Below are positions 32,385 through 42,307 of a stretch of DNA of 64,000 nucleotides, one piece after another. The DNA lies in the NCBI GenBank assembly GCA_039934355.1, contig JBDTMI010000016.1, forward strand, positions 176-64,175, given 5' to 3'. The DNA comes from Gemmatimonadales bacterium. GTDB lineage: Bacteria > Gemmatimonadota > Gemmatimonadetes > Gemmatimonadales > GWC2-71-9. Made by a program: the position numbers and the translations under genes. Each line of letters opens with the position of its first letter. Position 1 is the stretch's first letter. The notes under the pieces were generated by a model. The model did not search any database. It had not been told where the DNA came from and was given only the letters and a program-made list of their open reading frames with translations.

Positions 32385-33142
32385 CGCGCCATCCAGGCGT
32401 GGGTGCCCCAGAACTCGAGCGCCGGGAGGGGGGACCCCTCGCCCACATGGTGACGCAGGTAGCGGATGAGGAGCCGGCGATGGGCGGCGGCGTGTCGCTG
32501 GTCAAGCGCCGGGAGGGTCGCGACCGGGTCGAGCAGCAGCCGGAGGGTGTCGGCCGCGGTGCGCGGCAGAGCGAGGACCTCGGTCCCCCTGGTGCAACCC
32601 GGACAGAGGAACCCACCGTCAGCGATGCTGAACCCGACCTCGCCATCGACCGCCAGCGGGCGGCCATCGCGGGCGCATCGCTCCAGGGCGGGCTGAAATC
32701 CGAGCGATGCGATCAGGCGCCACCCTGCGCGGAGGGCGGCCGCAGGAACGTCGGCATCCGCCACCTCCTGCAGTGTAACGAGGGATGACTCCAGCAGGTC
32801 GAAGCTTTCGGGATGGGCATCGGCCGGCACCAGGCGCAGCATCAGCTCGGCCAGCATCATGCCCGTCGCATAACACGGCACCCGCGCCGCCAGTCCGACC
32901 GGAATTGTGACCACGTCGAAGGCGGTGAGGGTGTGGAGGTCCCGGCGCTCGGAGAGGAGCAGCTGGGCCTGCCCGCCGGAGAGGAGCTGGAGGGCCGCAC
33001 CGAAGCGGCTGCGCGGACGCAGCGCGCCTTTCGCAATGGCGCTCTGGACGCCGTGCTCGCGGGTCGCGAGTCGGACGATCTTGGAGGTTTCACCGTAGCG
33101 CATCGCGGAGAGCACGATGGCGGGCGTCGAGACCAGCGGCAT
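32381..33142 (-). CDS. recO: DNA repair protein RecO
   Basis: AIVLSAMRYGETSKIV, IAKGALRPRSRFG, CARDG...CPGC zinc region. Confidence 0.93.
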   Translation of the reverse strand: MPLVSTPAIVLSAMRYGETSKIVRLATREHGVQSAIAKGALRPRSRFGAALQLLSGGQAQLLLSERRDLHTLTAFDVVTIPVGLAARVPCYATGMMLAELMLRLVPADAHPESFDLLESSLVTLQEVADADVPAAALRAGWRLIASLGFQPALERCARDGRPLAVDGEVGFSIADGGFLCPGCTRGTEVLALPRTAADTLRLLLDPVATLPALDQRHAAAHRRLLIRYLRHHVGEGSPLPALEFWGTHAWMAR

Positions 33143-33167
33143 CAGCGCGTGGCTCCGCGGCCCGCGC

Positions 33168-34223
33168 TCAGGGCTCGGGCTGGATCTGGACGATCGCCGC
33201 GCCGCTGGGGCAACCCGGCAACGGCAGCGCGCGGCTTTCGCTGAGGTCGCCGCGGAGGACATGAAGCGTTCCGCTGGCCCCCGGCGTGCAGGGTCCCGGT
33301 TCGATCGCGTAGATCCGGCCGCGACTGTCCACCGCCACCGAACTGTTGCCCGCGATCGGTACGCCATTCCCGGCACCCCGCAGCACCTCGCGATTGAGCA
33401 GATCGAACACCATCAGGCCCTCGGTGGGCGAACTGACAAACAACCGGTCCCGACCGTTGCTTGCGATCGGGCCGGGCGCGTCCCCAAATCCGCCGAAGCT
33501 CCCCAGCTCTTCGCGATTGACGGGATCGACCTGGGAGAGCCGGGCCGGGGTCCCGGGACCCACCGGTCCGCGATTCAGCACATACACCGTTCCATCCGGG
33601 GTGAGCGTGCTGAACGCCGCGTTGCCCGGGCCCGGCAGCAGAATCGAATCCACCCCCGTCGCGAGACGATTGGTCACCGGATCCACCACCGAGATCCAGC
33701 TCGGGGCGCCGGGCGTGCCGCCAAGGTTGCCATTGAGGACGAAGACCCTGCCCCGCGTCGTGACGAGCCCCTGCGGTGTCCGACCCACCGCCACGCTCGC
33801 GGTGTCGCCGGTCAGGTAGTTGATCCGGGTGACGGTATTGAGACCGGGATTCCCAACGTACGCGATCGAGTCATCCACAATCGTCGCGCCCGTCGCCCCG
33901 GAACCCACGGCGAGCGGGATGACGCGGGAAACCGAATCCCCGCGCAGATCGACGACCACCACCGCATCCGCAGGTCCGAGCGGCACCACGGCCCAGCCGT
34001 CCCGCGCGGCGACCTCTTTGGCGACGGCGGGCGCCCCGACCAGGGGAATCGTGGTGCCGGAGTTGAGTCCATTGACGGACCGGACCGAAAGCGAGCCCGT
34101 CATCGAATCGGCGATGATCAGCACTTCTTCCGGCGGAGGCAGCGGCTCGGAGGCGCGGGCGCAGCCGAACAGCACCAGGGAAAGCAGCAGCAGCGCTGAC
34201 GGGCAGCGAGAGAGACGAATCAT
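33168..34223 (-). CDS. YncE/YVTN-like beta-propeller lipoprotein
   Basis: ATG at 34223; lipobox LFGC; repeated blades (VGRTPQG, RVFVLN, ISVVDP, VYVLN, RLFVS, RIYAI). Confidence 0.8.
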   Translation of the reverse strand: MIRLSRCPSALLLLSLVLFGCARASEPLPPPEEVLIIADSMTGSLSVRSVNGLNSGTTIPLVGAPAVAKEVAARDGWAVVPLGPADAVVVVDLRGDSVSRVIPLAVGSGATGATIVDDSIAYVGNPGLNTVTRINYLTGDTASVAVGRTPQGLVTTRGRVFVLNGNLGGTPGAPSWISVVDPVTNRLATGVDSILLPGPGNAAFSTLTPDGTVYVLNRGPVGPGTPARLSQVDPVNREELGSFGGFGDAPGPIASNGRDRLFVSSPTEGLMVFDLLNREVLRGAGNGVPIAGNSSVAVDSRGRIYAIEPGPCTPGASGTLHVLRGDLSESRALPLPGCPSGAAIVQIQPEP

Positions 34224-34513
34224 GACAGGAATAATGCCCCAACCGTTTCTCCGGCGCGACCCTTCCGGCTCAGGCCGGTGGGTGCTCCAGCTTTCCCGCC
34301 CCGGAAGATCGCTGCGCCGCCTCGCGGGAATCTGCGCCGGCGGCGCCAGCGAGGGATACCGGACGCCAGCCAGCCACTCCCACTGGCGTTGCTCATCCAC
34401 TTCGTACAGCGGCATTCCGGCCGCGAACCGCCCCCCGGCTTCGTGGTCAATCTCCCCGGCGCTGGCATCTTACGGACCCCATCAGGGAATCCATCAGGCC
34501 AGGCGAGCGGAAC

Positions 34514-36511
34514 TCAAAACACCACCCGGGCGCCGCCGAACACACCGCGCGGGCGCCCCCGAAATCCGAATACCGTCTGATACTTCGCGTTCAGCAGATT
34601 TTCCGCCTTGAGTATGGCCGTCACACCATAGCGTCCTGCACCGGGCCGCACGAGATCGAACGCGGCATCGGTATCCATAAGCGTATAGCTGGGGAGCGAC
34701 ACCCGGACCGAGGGAAAACCCGAGAAGTCGACATCATCCCGCCGGCCGGCATAGGTGACCGCGGCACCGAGGGAGAGTCGCTCCCGGAGACGGGCGCGGC
34801 CATCGAACCGGAGACTGTGCCTTGGACGGCGGATCAAGGGTTTGCCATTCTCGAACACTCCGCCGACCACGCTGGCGAAGCCGGCGTCATCGACACTGGC
34901 CTTGAGCCAGGTGTAGGAGGCGCCGAGCGTGAGCTCGCGCACCGGGCGGACGTTGGCGGAAAGCTCCACACCGCGACTGCTGGCTTTCGCGACGTTCTTG
35001 TAATTCGGTGCCCCCGGTGCGGCGCTGGCGTCGTACTGGATCAGGTCGCGAAATCGCTGATCGAAATACGTTGCAGCGAATATCGCCACTCCATCCGACA
35101 GGCTCTGTTCCAGGCCGACTTCCCAGCCGGTGGACTGTTCTGGCCTGAGCAGTCTATTGCCGACCTCGAAGGGATCGCTGATGAAGTTTTCCCGCAGCGA
35201 CGGCTCCTTGAAGGCCGTTCCGATGGAGCCGCGGACACGCATTCCGGCGCCCAGCGTGACAATTGAACCCACCCGGGCGGTCGCGTGCGTACCGAACTCC
35301 TGGTTGTCATCCAGTCGGCCACCCAGGTTGAGCAGCACGCGACTGGTGAGGTCGATCACGCCTTGGGCGTATACACCGGCGTTCCGTCGGCTGTGATTGA
35401 AATCCGTGCCAGGCTGTGGTGTCGGGCCCGACCCGACATTGTAGACGGCATTGGTGAACTGGCGCAGTTCCTGGAACTCCGCCGTTCCGCCGAGGGTTAC
35501 CCGCACGTCGCCAGTCGGCTGCAGGATGGCGCGCACATCGGCTGATCGACGCAGCAGGCGAGACTGATCCCTGCTGGAGACCACGAAGCCGAGTGTATCT
35601 CCCGGATTGTCCGGCTGGTTGTCATCGAAGATGGATTCGCCATAGGAGCCGAGCAGAACCCGCACTTCCACTCCCCCACTGACCCGACGACCGCCCTCAA
35701 AGCTCAGCGTCGTGCCGTTCAATACCGCGTGCTGGTTGCTGTCGGATGCGACCCCGCTGCCATTGGTGGGGAAATGGGTGTCGCTCTCGCCGTTCCGGAC
35801 GGTCAGCGTGAAGTCGGTGTGGTCGTCAGGATGGACGGTCAGCCCGCCGCTCGCGACCGTGTTGGCGTACCGGCTGTTGAACCGGTAGATCCCGTCCGTT
35901 GCGAAGCGACCCAGCGAGGCGCTATAGCTCAACTGATCGGTCCCGCCGTGAACGCTGACGTCCCCGCTGTAGCTGCTGAAGGAACCGGCCCGGCCCGACA
36001 CCTCGGCGGCAAGCGGCCCAGCGCCTTTGCGGGTGAAGATCTGCACCACGCCGGTCACCGCGTCGGTCCCGTACAGCACCGATGTCGGGCCGCGCACCAC
36101 CTCGATACGATCGATATTGTCCGTCGTGAGTCCGGCGAAGTTGAACGAGCCGCCCGACTGGTTCTGCGCCACACCGTCGACGAGCACCTTCACGTAGCTG
36201 CTCTGACCACCCCGGAGAAAGAGCGACGTCGCGCCACCGTAGGAGCCGGTGGGCACGATCGCCGCGCCGGGCACCGCGCGCAGCGCGTCATCAAGGAAAT
36301 ACACCCCTCGCTGACGCAGCTCCGTCCCGGTGATCACCGTGGTGGATGCGATATTGCGTGCCGCCAGCGTGGCGGAGCGGTCCGCAGTCACGACAATGTC
36401 CTGGAGAGTGACCGTGTCGCGGCTGACCTGCGCGGCCAGCGTCATGGGGCCGAGCGGAAGACTGAGCAGCGTGCACGCGAGCGCACGGTGGAACCGATTC
36501 AGATGAAACAC
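34514..36511 (-). CDS. btuB: TonB-dependent receptor, cobalamin (BtuB-like)
   Basis: GTG with GAAAGGA SD; DIVVTA TonB box; FLRGG, IDRIEVVRGPTSVLYG; C-terminal F; inside the B12-riboswitch operon. Confidence 0.85.
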   Translation of the reverse strand: MFHLNRFHRALACTLLSLPLGPMTLAAQVSRDTVTLQDIVVTADRSATLAARNIASTTVITGTELRQRGVYFLDDALRAVPGAAIVPTGSYGGATSLFLRGGQSSYVKVLVDGVAQNQSGGSFNFAGLTTDNIDRIEVVRGPTSVLYGTDAVTGVVQIFTRKGAGPLAAEVSGRAGSFSSYSGDVSVHGGTDQLSYSASLGRFATDGIYRFNSRYANTVASGGLTVHPDDHTDFTLTVRNGESDTHFPTNGSGVASDSNQHAVLNGTTLSFEGGRRVSGGVEVRVLLGSYGESIFDDNQPDNPGDTLGFVVSSRDQSRLLRRSADVRAILQPTGDVRVTLGGTAEFQELRQFTNAVYNVGSGPTPQPGTDFNHSRRNAGVYAQGVIDLTSRVLLNLGGRLDDNQEFGTHATARVGSIVTLGAGMRVRGSIGTAFKEPSLRENFISDPFEVGNRLLRPEQSTGWEVGLEQSLSDGVAIFAATYFDQRFRDLIQYDASAAPGAPNYKNVAKASSRGVELSANVRPVRELTLGASYTWLKASVDDAGFASVVGGVFENGKPLIRRPRHSLRFDGRARLRERLSLGAAVTYAGRRDDVDFSGFPSVRVSLPSYTLMDTDAAFDLVRPGAGRYGVTAILKAENLLNAKYQTVFGFRGRPRGVFGGARVVF

Positions 36512-36524
36512 TGCGTGAGTCCTT

Positions 36525-37319
36525 TCACCCTGCCGGCGATTCGCCGGGTTTGAGCGGGATGACTTGCGGGGCGCCGTCGCACCAGCTGGTGATGGCGACG
36601 GGCCATTCGAATACCTCGGCGAGCGTCCCGGCACGCAGCACGTCGGCCGGCCGGCCGTCAACGACCAACCGCCCCTGGTGGAGCAGCAGCATCCTGTCGG
36701 CGTAACGAGCAGCCAGATTGAGATGATGGGTCACGAGCAGCGTGCCTATGCCCTCGGTGCAGAGGCGCCGGATCAGTTCGAACACCTCCATTTCGTGGCG
36801 CACGTCGAGGGCGGCGGTCGGCTCATCCAGGACCAGCAGCCGCGGTTCCTGCGCCAGCGCGCGGGCGACACGCACCCGCTGCCACTCACCGCCGGACAAT
36901 GTGTCGGTGCGGCGCATTGCCAGGCCGGCGACATTCGCCCGGCGCATCGCATCCGCCACCGCGGCCTCGTCCGCCGCTCCGGGTGCGGCGAGGGCGGCCA
37001 GCCTGGCATATCTCCCTAAACCGACGCTTTCTCTCACCCGGAGCGGAAACGCCATCTCCTCGCGCTGGGTCACCACGCCGATCACCCGCGCCAGGTCGCG
37101 CGGGGTCCATGAATCGAGCGCCCGGTCGAGGATTTCCACCCGGCCCGCACTCCGCGCGAGGGTGCCGAGCGTTGCCCCCAAAAGAGTCGTCTTGCCGCCT
37201 CCATTCGGGCCGACAATCGCGACCAGCTCTCCCGCATCGACCGCGACGCTCACGCTATCGAGGGCCGGCGTCGTGGAGCCGGGATAGCACACGGAGAGGT
37301 TGGTGGCGCGGAGGATCAT
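36525..37319 (-). CDS. btuD: ABC transporter ATP-binding subunit (BtuD/FepC-like)
   Basis: GPNGGGKT, LSGGEWQR, LDEPT, HHLNLAARYAD. Confidence 0.85.
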   Translation of the reverse strand: MILRATNLSVCYPGSTTPALDSVSVAVDAGELVAIVGPNGGGKTTLLGATLGTLARSAGRVEILDRALDSWTPRDLARVIGVVTQREEMAFPLRVRESVGLGRYARLAALAAPGAADEAAVADAMRRANVAGLAMRRTDTLSGGEWQRVRVARALAQEPRLLVLDEPTAALDVRHEMEVFELIRRLCTEGIGTLLVTHHLNLAARYADRMLLLHQGRLVVDGRPADVLRAGTLAEVFEWPVAITSWCDGAPQVIPLKPGESPAG

Positions 37320-38287
37320 CGGAGCGTGCGCCGGAGCAGGATCGCGAAGAGCGGGACGCCGACCAGCGCCGTCACGACGCCCACCGGCAACTCGAGCGGG
37401 CTGGCGACCGAGCGGGCCAGCGCATCCGCGATCACCAGGAAGCCGCCGCCCAGAAGGAACGAAGCCGGCAGCAGGATGGTGTGCAGTGGGCCGGCGACGC
37501 GGCGAATGGCGTGCGGTATGATGAGGCCGACGAATCCGATCATCCCGCACTGCGCGACGGCGGCGGCGGTCAGCACACCGGTCGTGACATAGGCCAGCCG
37601 CTTGAGCCGCTCCGGATCGGCGCCGAGGTGGCGGGCGGTCTCGTCGCCCAGAGCGAGCAGATCAAAGTCCCGGGCATGCCACATGAGGAGGCCAAGGGGA
37701 ATCACCGCATAGGCCGCGAGGATCAGGAGCGAGGGCCAGGAGGCTCCACCCAGTCCACCGAGCATCCAGAGGAAGGCGTTCCGCAACTGCGCGGCGCTCG
37801 CCAGCGAGAGAATCGCACCCACCAGCGCGCCGGTGAACGAACTCACGACGACACCGGCCAGGATCAGGACATGCGAGTCCATCCGTCGGCCCTCGACCAG
37901 ACTCAGGCGATAGACGAGCAGGAGCGCCGTTCCCGCTCCCACGAATGCGGCCAGCGGCAGCGCCCATGGTGCGGTGAGTCCCAAGGCGATCACCAGCACG
38001 GCACCGAGCGCCGCCCCACCAGACAGGCCCAGGAGATAGGGGTCGGCGAGGGGATTGCGGATGAGCGCCTGGAGGACGGCACCACACACGGCGAGGCTGC
38101 CGCCGACCAGGAATCCCTGGAGGACCCGCGGCAGGCGCAAATCCCGGATGATCGTCGCCTCGAGCGCATTCGTATCGAACAGGCCGTGCACGACCGCACC
38201 GGGCGCGAGCCGCACCGCGCCCAGACCGAGTCCGGCGATCATCGCCCCGACCGTCAGCAGCCCGAGCCCGAGCCAGAGTCGCCTCAC
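37316..38287 (-). CDS. btuC: FecCD/BtuC family ABC permease
   Basis: LRLPR, RNPLADPYLLGLSGGA, GMIGFVGLIIPH, ELPVG. Confidence 0.87.
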   Translation of the reverse strand: MRRLWLGLGLLTVGAMIAGLGLGAVRLAPGAVVHGLFDTNALEATIIRDLRLPRVLQGFLVGGSLAVCGAVLQALIRNPLADPYLLGLSGGAALGAVLVIALGLTAPWALPLAAFVGAGTALLLVYRLSLVEGRRMDSHVLILAGVVVSSFTGALVGAILSLASAAQLRNAFLWMLGGLGGASWPSLLILAAYAVIPLGLLMWHARDFDLLALGDETARHLGADPERLKRLAYVTTGVLTAAAVAQCGMIGFVGLIIPHAIRRVAGPLHTILLPASFLLGGGFLVIADALARSVASPLELPVGVVTALVGVPLFAILLRRTLR

Positions 38288-39171
38288 CTCGGCGCCCCGG
38301 CGATCAGCGCTCGCAGTTCGCGCACCAGTTGCGGTGCCCGCGGACCGGGCCGACCGAAGGCCGAATTGCGCAGAAACAGATACCGATGCGCCCGCACCGC
38401 CGGAACGACCTGCCACTCCGGTCGGCGGTCGATTCCGGGCAGGACCGAATCGTTCATCAGGAGGAAATCGGGATTGCGGGACGTGATCGCCTCGATGCTG
38501 ACGGTGCCGGAGGGCACCGGGAGGTCGGCGAAGACGTTGCGTCCCCCCGCGCGCGTGACGAGCTCGCTCTGAAAACTCCCGCCGCCAATCGCGATTGGGG
38601 GCTGGTCCCAGGCGAGGATCAGGAGACTGTGACGACCTGGCGCGAGAGTGTCACTGACTGTCGCCGCGGCGAGGTCGCGCTCGAAGGCAGTGGCGAGCGA
38701 CTCCGCCGACGCCGCGCGCCCCACCAGCGGGCCGAGGAGGCGGGCCAGACGCGGGACATCGCTCAACCGATCGTTGGTGAGCTGAATCGCGGCGATGCCC
38801 GCCGAACGGAATCGGGCCGCGGCCGCGGCGTTCTGCGGTGATCGATACAGCAGGACGAGATCGGGGTGCCGCGCCAGCACCGCTTCAATGTTTGGGGGAA
38901 TCGCGTCGCCTACATCCACGACCGCGAGCGCCTCGAGAGGATAGTCGCACCACCGCGTTCGACCGACGAGTCGGTCGCCGGCACCAATGGCAAAGAGAAG
39001 TTCGGTCGTGGCCGGGCTGAGCGAGACCACCCGCTCGGACGATGCGCCGAGGTGAACGCTGTCGCCCGCGTCATCGACCAGGATCGTACGGCCGTCCGCC
39101 GGGGATGCCGGCCGGCACGCCACCAGGGAGGCGACAACGAACAGAAGGTGGACCGGGGAGCTGAGTCGCAA
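38284..39171 (-). CDS. btuF: Cobalamin-binding lipoprotein (BtuF-like); TTG start inferred
   Basis: Lipobox LVAC; RVVSLSPATTELLFAIG, VGRTRWCDYP, RPGPR; first gene after the riboswitch. Confidence 0.85.
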   Translation of the reverse strand: MRLSSPVHLLFVVASLVACRPASPADGRTILVDDAGDSVHLGASSERVVSLSPATTELLFAIGAGDRLVGRTRWCDYPLEALAVVDVGDAIPPNIEAVLARHPDLVLLYRSPQNAAAAARFRSAGIAAIQLTNDRLSDVPRLARLLGPLVGRAASAESLATAFERDLAAATVSDTLAPGRHSLLILAWDQPPIAIGGGSFQSELVTRAGGRNVFADLPVPSGTVSIEAITSRNPDFLLMNDSVLPGIDRRPEWQVVPAVRAHRYLFLRNSAFGRPGPRAPQLVRELRALIAGAPR

Positions 39172-39273
39172 AAGAACCGCCCATCCCCGGGGGTACTGGA
39201 GATGGGCGGAACGCAGCCGGGAGAGAGCAGGCTCGTTGCGCCACCTACCCCTCCCCCGAGGGTTGTAGTGGTG

Positions 39274-39421
39274 GCACGAGTCGAGAGGTCTCCTGACTCC
39301 GGGCGTCCGCTCGCCTTCCCGGTTTCCCAGTGGCGTGTTGAGCGGAGGTGTGGTGCTGCCCGTTACAGTGGCGGGGCCGTGCCGGATTTTCACCGGCTTC
39401 CGAGTATCCCGACTCGCGTGC
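39274..39421 (-). promoter_or_regulatory. Cobalamin riboswitch
   Basis: GGAAGCCGGTGAAAATCCGGCACGGCCCCGCCACTGTAA; GCCACTGGGAAACCGGGAAGG; B12 box GAGTCAGGAGACCT; closing stem GCACGCGAGTCGGGA / TCTCGACTCGTGC. Confidence 0.95.
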
Positions 39422-39442
39422 TGATTGTCCGACGGGGCTAAC

Positions 39443-40564
39443 CTATGACAAATGCTTCTGGCGGGCAAGTTCCTTCGACAAGATCGCCTTGAGCCTCTCC
39501 CGCTCGGCCAGGTACGTCACCCATTCCGTCGCGGGTACTTCCGACTCCTTGCCCGCATAGCGCGCGTCGAGCGCCGCGATGCTGTCGAGCGCGGAATGCG
39601 AGCCGGGCGCGTTTGGCTGCGCAACAGGGGCGCGACGCAACGCGCGCACCAGCACGAGGCCGAGCAGCAGGGCCACGCCACCCACCAGCGCCGGCAGCAC
39701 CGCACGATTGGGGCCGCCGGGAAAGTCGACGTCGATTGCGCCGCCGGCCGGAACGGCGCCGGTCCATTGCCGGAAACTCCGCCCTTCGATCGCCTGGCTG
39801 TCGCCCCGCACCAGCGCTCCGCCCCGGACCGGCACCGCGAACTCCTCGAGCAGCAGGTTGACGATGCCGATGGAATCCACGACAGGAAAGCGAACCGTCC
39901 CCGGCGACGGCGGGAGGCTGTAGGTGAAGATCAACTGCTTGTCGCCCGGGGCCACCGGGGCGAAGAGCATCACGCTGTCATTACGCGACGCCATTGCCTC
40001 CGCCGCGACATCCCCATTACCGGGCTGAAAGCCGATGGCCCCGGTCGGCAACCGGGCGGCCCACACCGGATCGGTGGTGTCCCCGGCCACGCGTGTCGCC
40101 GAGCCGAGGTTGGCGAGCATCACGATTTCGAGCGTCGATCGGGTGCCGTCGGTGGCGGGCTTGCTGATGACGATGTGCCGGGAGATCGTCGTCACCGGGG
40201 CCGTGCTCGACGTATCCGAGACGACCAGCAGCACTCCCGTGTCTGGCAGCGCGGCGTTCAGATGGACCGGTGTCGAGAAGTACTCGATGCCATCGTGGGA
40301 GGAGCTGAGGAGATAGACCGACGCGGTATCCGCGCGCCAGCGGAAGCCGAACTCGCCCCGCGCGCCGGTCAGGGTCGAATCAAACGGCCCCTGCACCGCG
40401 CGTGCGATCCGGTGGAGCACCACCCGGGCGCCGGCCTCGGCGATCGTGTCGCCGTGACTCAGACGGATCACCCGCCCCGACACCACCGCCGGCTGCTGGG
40501 CCGCCAGCAGCCCTGGCAGGAGATGCAGGAGGAGACAGGTACGACGGAACGTGCGACGCAGCAC
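39443..40564 (-). CDS. Hypothetical exported protein with carboxypeptidase-regulatory-like Ig fold, C-terminal TM and short helical tail
   Basis: Signal-like N-terminus; VSGRV...AGARVVLH...TGARGEFGF; TM near residue 300. Confidence 0.7.
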   Translation of the reverse strand: MLRRTFRRTCLLLHLLPGLLAAQQPAVVSGRVIRLSHGDTIAEAGARVVLHRIARAVQGPFDSTLTGARGEFGFRWRADTASVYLLSSSHDGIEYFSTPVHLNAALPDTGVLLVVSDTSSTAPVTTISRHIVISKPATDGTRSTLEIVMLANLGSATRVAGDTTDPVWAARLPTGAIGFQPGNGDVAAEAMASRNDSVMLFAPVAPGDKQLIFTYSLPPSPGTVRFPVVDSIGIVNLLLEEFAVPVRGGALVRGDSQAIEGRSFRQWTGAVPAGGAIDVDFPGGPNRAVLPALVGGVALLLGLVLVRALRRAPVAQPNAPGSHSALDSIAALDARYAGKESEVPATEWVTYLAERERLKAILSKELARQKHLS

Positions 40565-40576
40565 AGGTCAGGCCGT

Positions 40577-41068
40577 TCAGGGCCGGAACTTGCCGAAATC
40601 CTGCGGGTCCATCTTTTCCAGCCAGCTGCGAAGTTTCTCCGCGTCGATCGAGGGATCAGGGGGATCGGCGCCGACCCCGTTGCCGGCATCTTCCAGCAGT
40701 GCGTCATCGGTGAAAATCGGGGCCTGCACCCGCAGGGCCAGGGCGATACTGTCGGAGGGCCGCGCATCGAGCTGGAACAGGTGATCATCCCGCGAGAGCC
40801 AGAGCTCGGCGTAGTAGGTCTTGTCCTTCACACTGCTGATACAGATGCGTTGCACGCTGGCGCCGAGACCGACGATCGCGGACTTGAGGAGATCGTGCGT
40901 CATCGGGCGGGGCGGCCGCAGGCCTTGCATCTCCATGGCGATGGCGCTGGCCTCCGCCGGCCCGATCCAGATGGGGAGCACCCGGGTCCCGTCCCGTTCC
41001 CGCAGGATGACCACGGGAGAATTGCTGGAGCGATCCAGCCCCAGGTGCGCCACCGTGACTTCAATCAT
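40577..41068 (-). CDS. Bifunctional nuclease family protein (DUF151)
   Basis: [41 protein letters not shown]. Confidence 0.95.
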   Translation of the reverse strand: MIEVTVAHLGLDRSSNSPVVILRERDGTRVLPIWIGPAEASAIAMEMQGLRPPRPMTHDLLKSAIVGLGASVQRICISSVKDKTYYAELWLSRDDHLFQLDARPSDSIALALRVQAPIFTDDALLEDAGNGVGADPPDPSIDAEKLRSWLEKMDPQDFGKFRP

Positions 41069-42261
41069 CGCACCGCGCGCAGCAGGGCCGGCACCTTGTC
41101 GACCAGCTCCCAGGGGAAGAACTGCAGCCCACCCTTCCTGAACGGCCTGCGACCGAAATGTCCGTACGCCGCAGTGGGCGAGTAGATCGGCTTGCGGAGA
41201 TCGAGCGCCTTGATGATGCCCCCGGGCGTGAGGTCAAACACCTTGCGCACGGCGCGCTCCAGTTCCGCGTCGGGCACCGCGCCGGTGCCATAGGTCTGCA
41301 CCATGACGGAAACCGGTTCGCGGACCCCGATGGCGTACGCCACCTGCACCTCGCAGCGCTTCGCCAGCTTCGCTTCCACGATATTCTTTGCCACCCACCG
41401 CATCGCGTATGCGGCCGAGCGGTCCACCTTGGAGGGGTCCTTGCCGCTGAACGCGCCGCCACCGTGACGGGCCATGCCACCGTAGGTGTCCACAATGATT
41501 TTCCGGCCGGTCAGGCCGGCGTCACCATGCGGGCCCCCGATGACGAAGCGTCCCGTAGGATTGACGTGAATCGTCGCGCGGCGGGACTCGAGACCGGTCC
41601 TGGCCAGCACCGGGCGGATCACCTCCTCGATGACACCTTCGCGGATTTTCCTCTGGCTGAGCTCGCGGCCCCTGAGCATCTCGGCGTGCTGGGTGGAGAT
41701 CACCACGGTGCGGACCGCGATCGGCTCGGCGCCGGCGTATTCCACCGAGACCTGGCTCTTGCCGTCGGGACGCAGCCAGTCGAGCTGGTTCACATCCCCG
41801 TCTCCACGCCGGACGGCGGCAAGCCGCTCGGCGAGACGGTGCGCCAGCAAAATTGGCACCGGCATCCGTTCGCGAGTTTCATCGGAGGCATACCCGAACA
41901 TCATGCCCTGGTCGCCGGCGCCACCGGTGTCCACACCCTGGCTGATGTCGGGCGACTGATTGTCGATCGCCGCGAGCACCGCGCAGGTGGTGCCGTCGAT
42001 GCCGTAGTTGGCGTCGGTGTAGCCGATCTTCAGGATGGTCTCGCGGACGATTTTCGGAATGTGGACGTAGGTCTTGGTGGTAATCTCACCGGCCACCAGC
42101 GCGAGTCCGGTCGTGACCATCGTCTCACAGGCGACGCGACCCGCCGGGTCGTCCCGCAGGATCGCATCGAGGACCGCGTCGGAAATCTGGTCGGCGACCT
42201 TGTCGGGGTGCCCTTCGGTGACGGACTCGGAGGTAAAAACGTGGCGGTGCGCGTTGGCCAT
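41065..42261 (-). CDS. metK: S-adenosylmethionine synthetase
   Basis: [42 protein letters not shown]. Confidence 0.98.
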   Translation of the reverse strand: MANAHRHVFTSESVTEGHPDKVADQISDAVLDAILRDDPAGRVACETMVTTGLALVAGEITTKTYVHIPKIVRETILKIGYTDANYGIDGTTCAVLAAIDNQSPDISQGVDTGGAGDQGMMFGYASDETRERMPVPILLAHRLAERLAAVRRGDGDVNQLDWLRPDGKSQVSVEYAGAEPIAVRTVVISTQHAEMLRGRELSQRKIREGVIEEVIRPVLARTGLESRRATIHVNPTGRFVIGGPHGDAGLTGRKIIVDTYGGMARHGGGAFSGKDPSKVDRSAAYAMRWVAKNIVEAKLAKRCEVQVAYAIGVREPVSVMVQTYGTGAVPDAELERAVRKVFDLTPGGIIKALDLRKPIYSPTAAYGHFGRRPFRKGGLQFFPWELVDKVPALLRAVR

Positions 42262-42307
42262 GGAATTGGGATGCGGTGAGGGTAGTCGCGGGATGCGGGC
42301 CCCGCTG

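Noticed and set aside
34300..34400. tRNA-Sec near selB (GGAAGATCG start resembles E. coli selC)
   Set aside because: No UCA anticodon loop or T-loop motif follows
42262..42307. SAM riboswitch upstream of metK
   Set aside because: 46-bp gap with no SAM-I or SAM-II consensus recognisable
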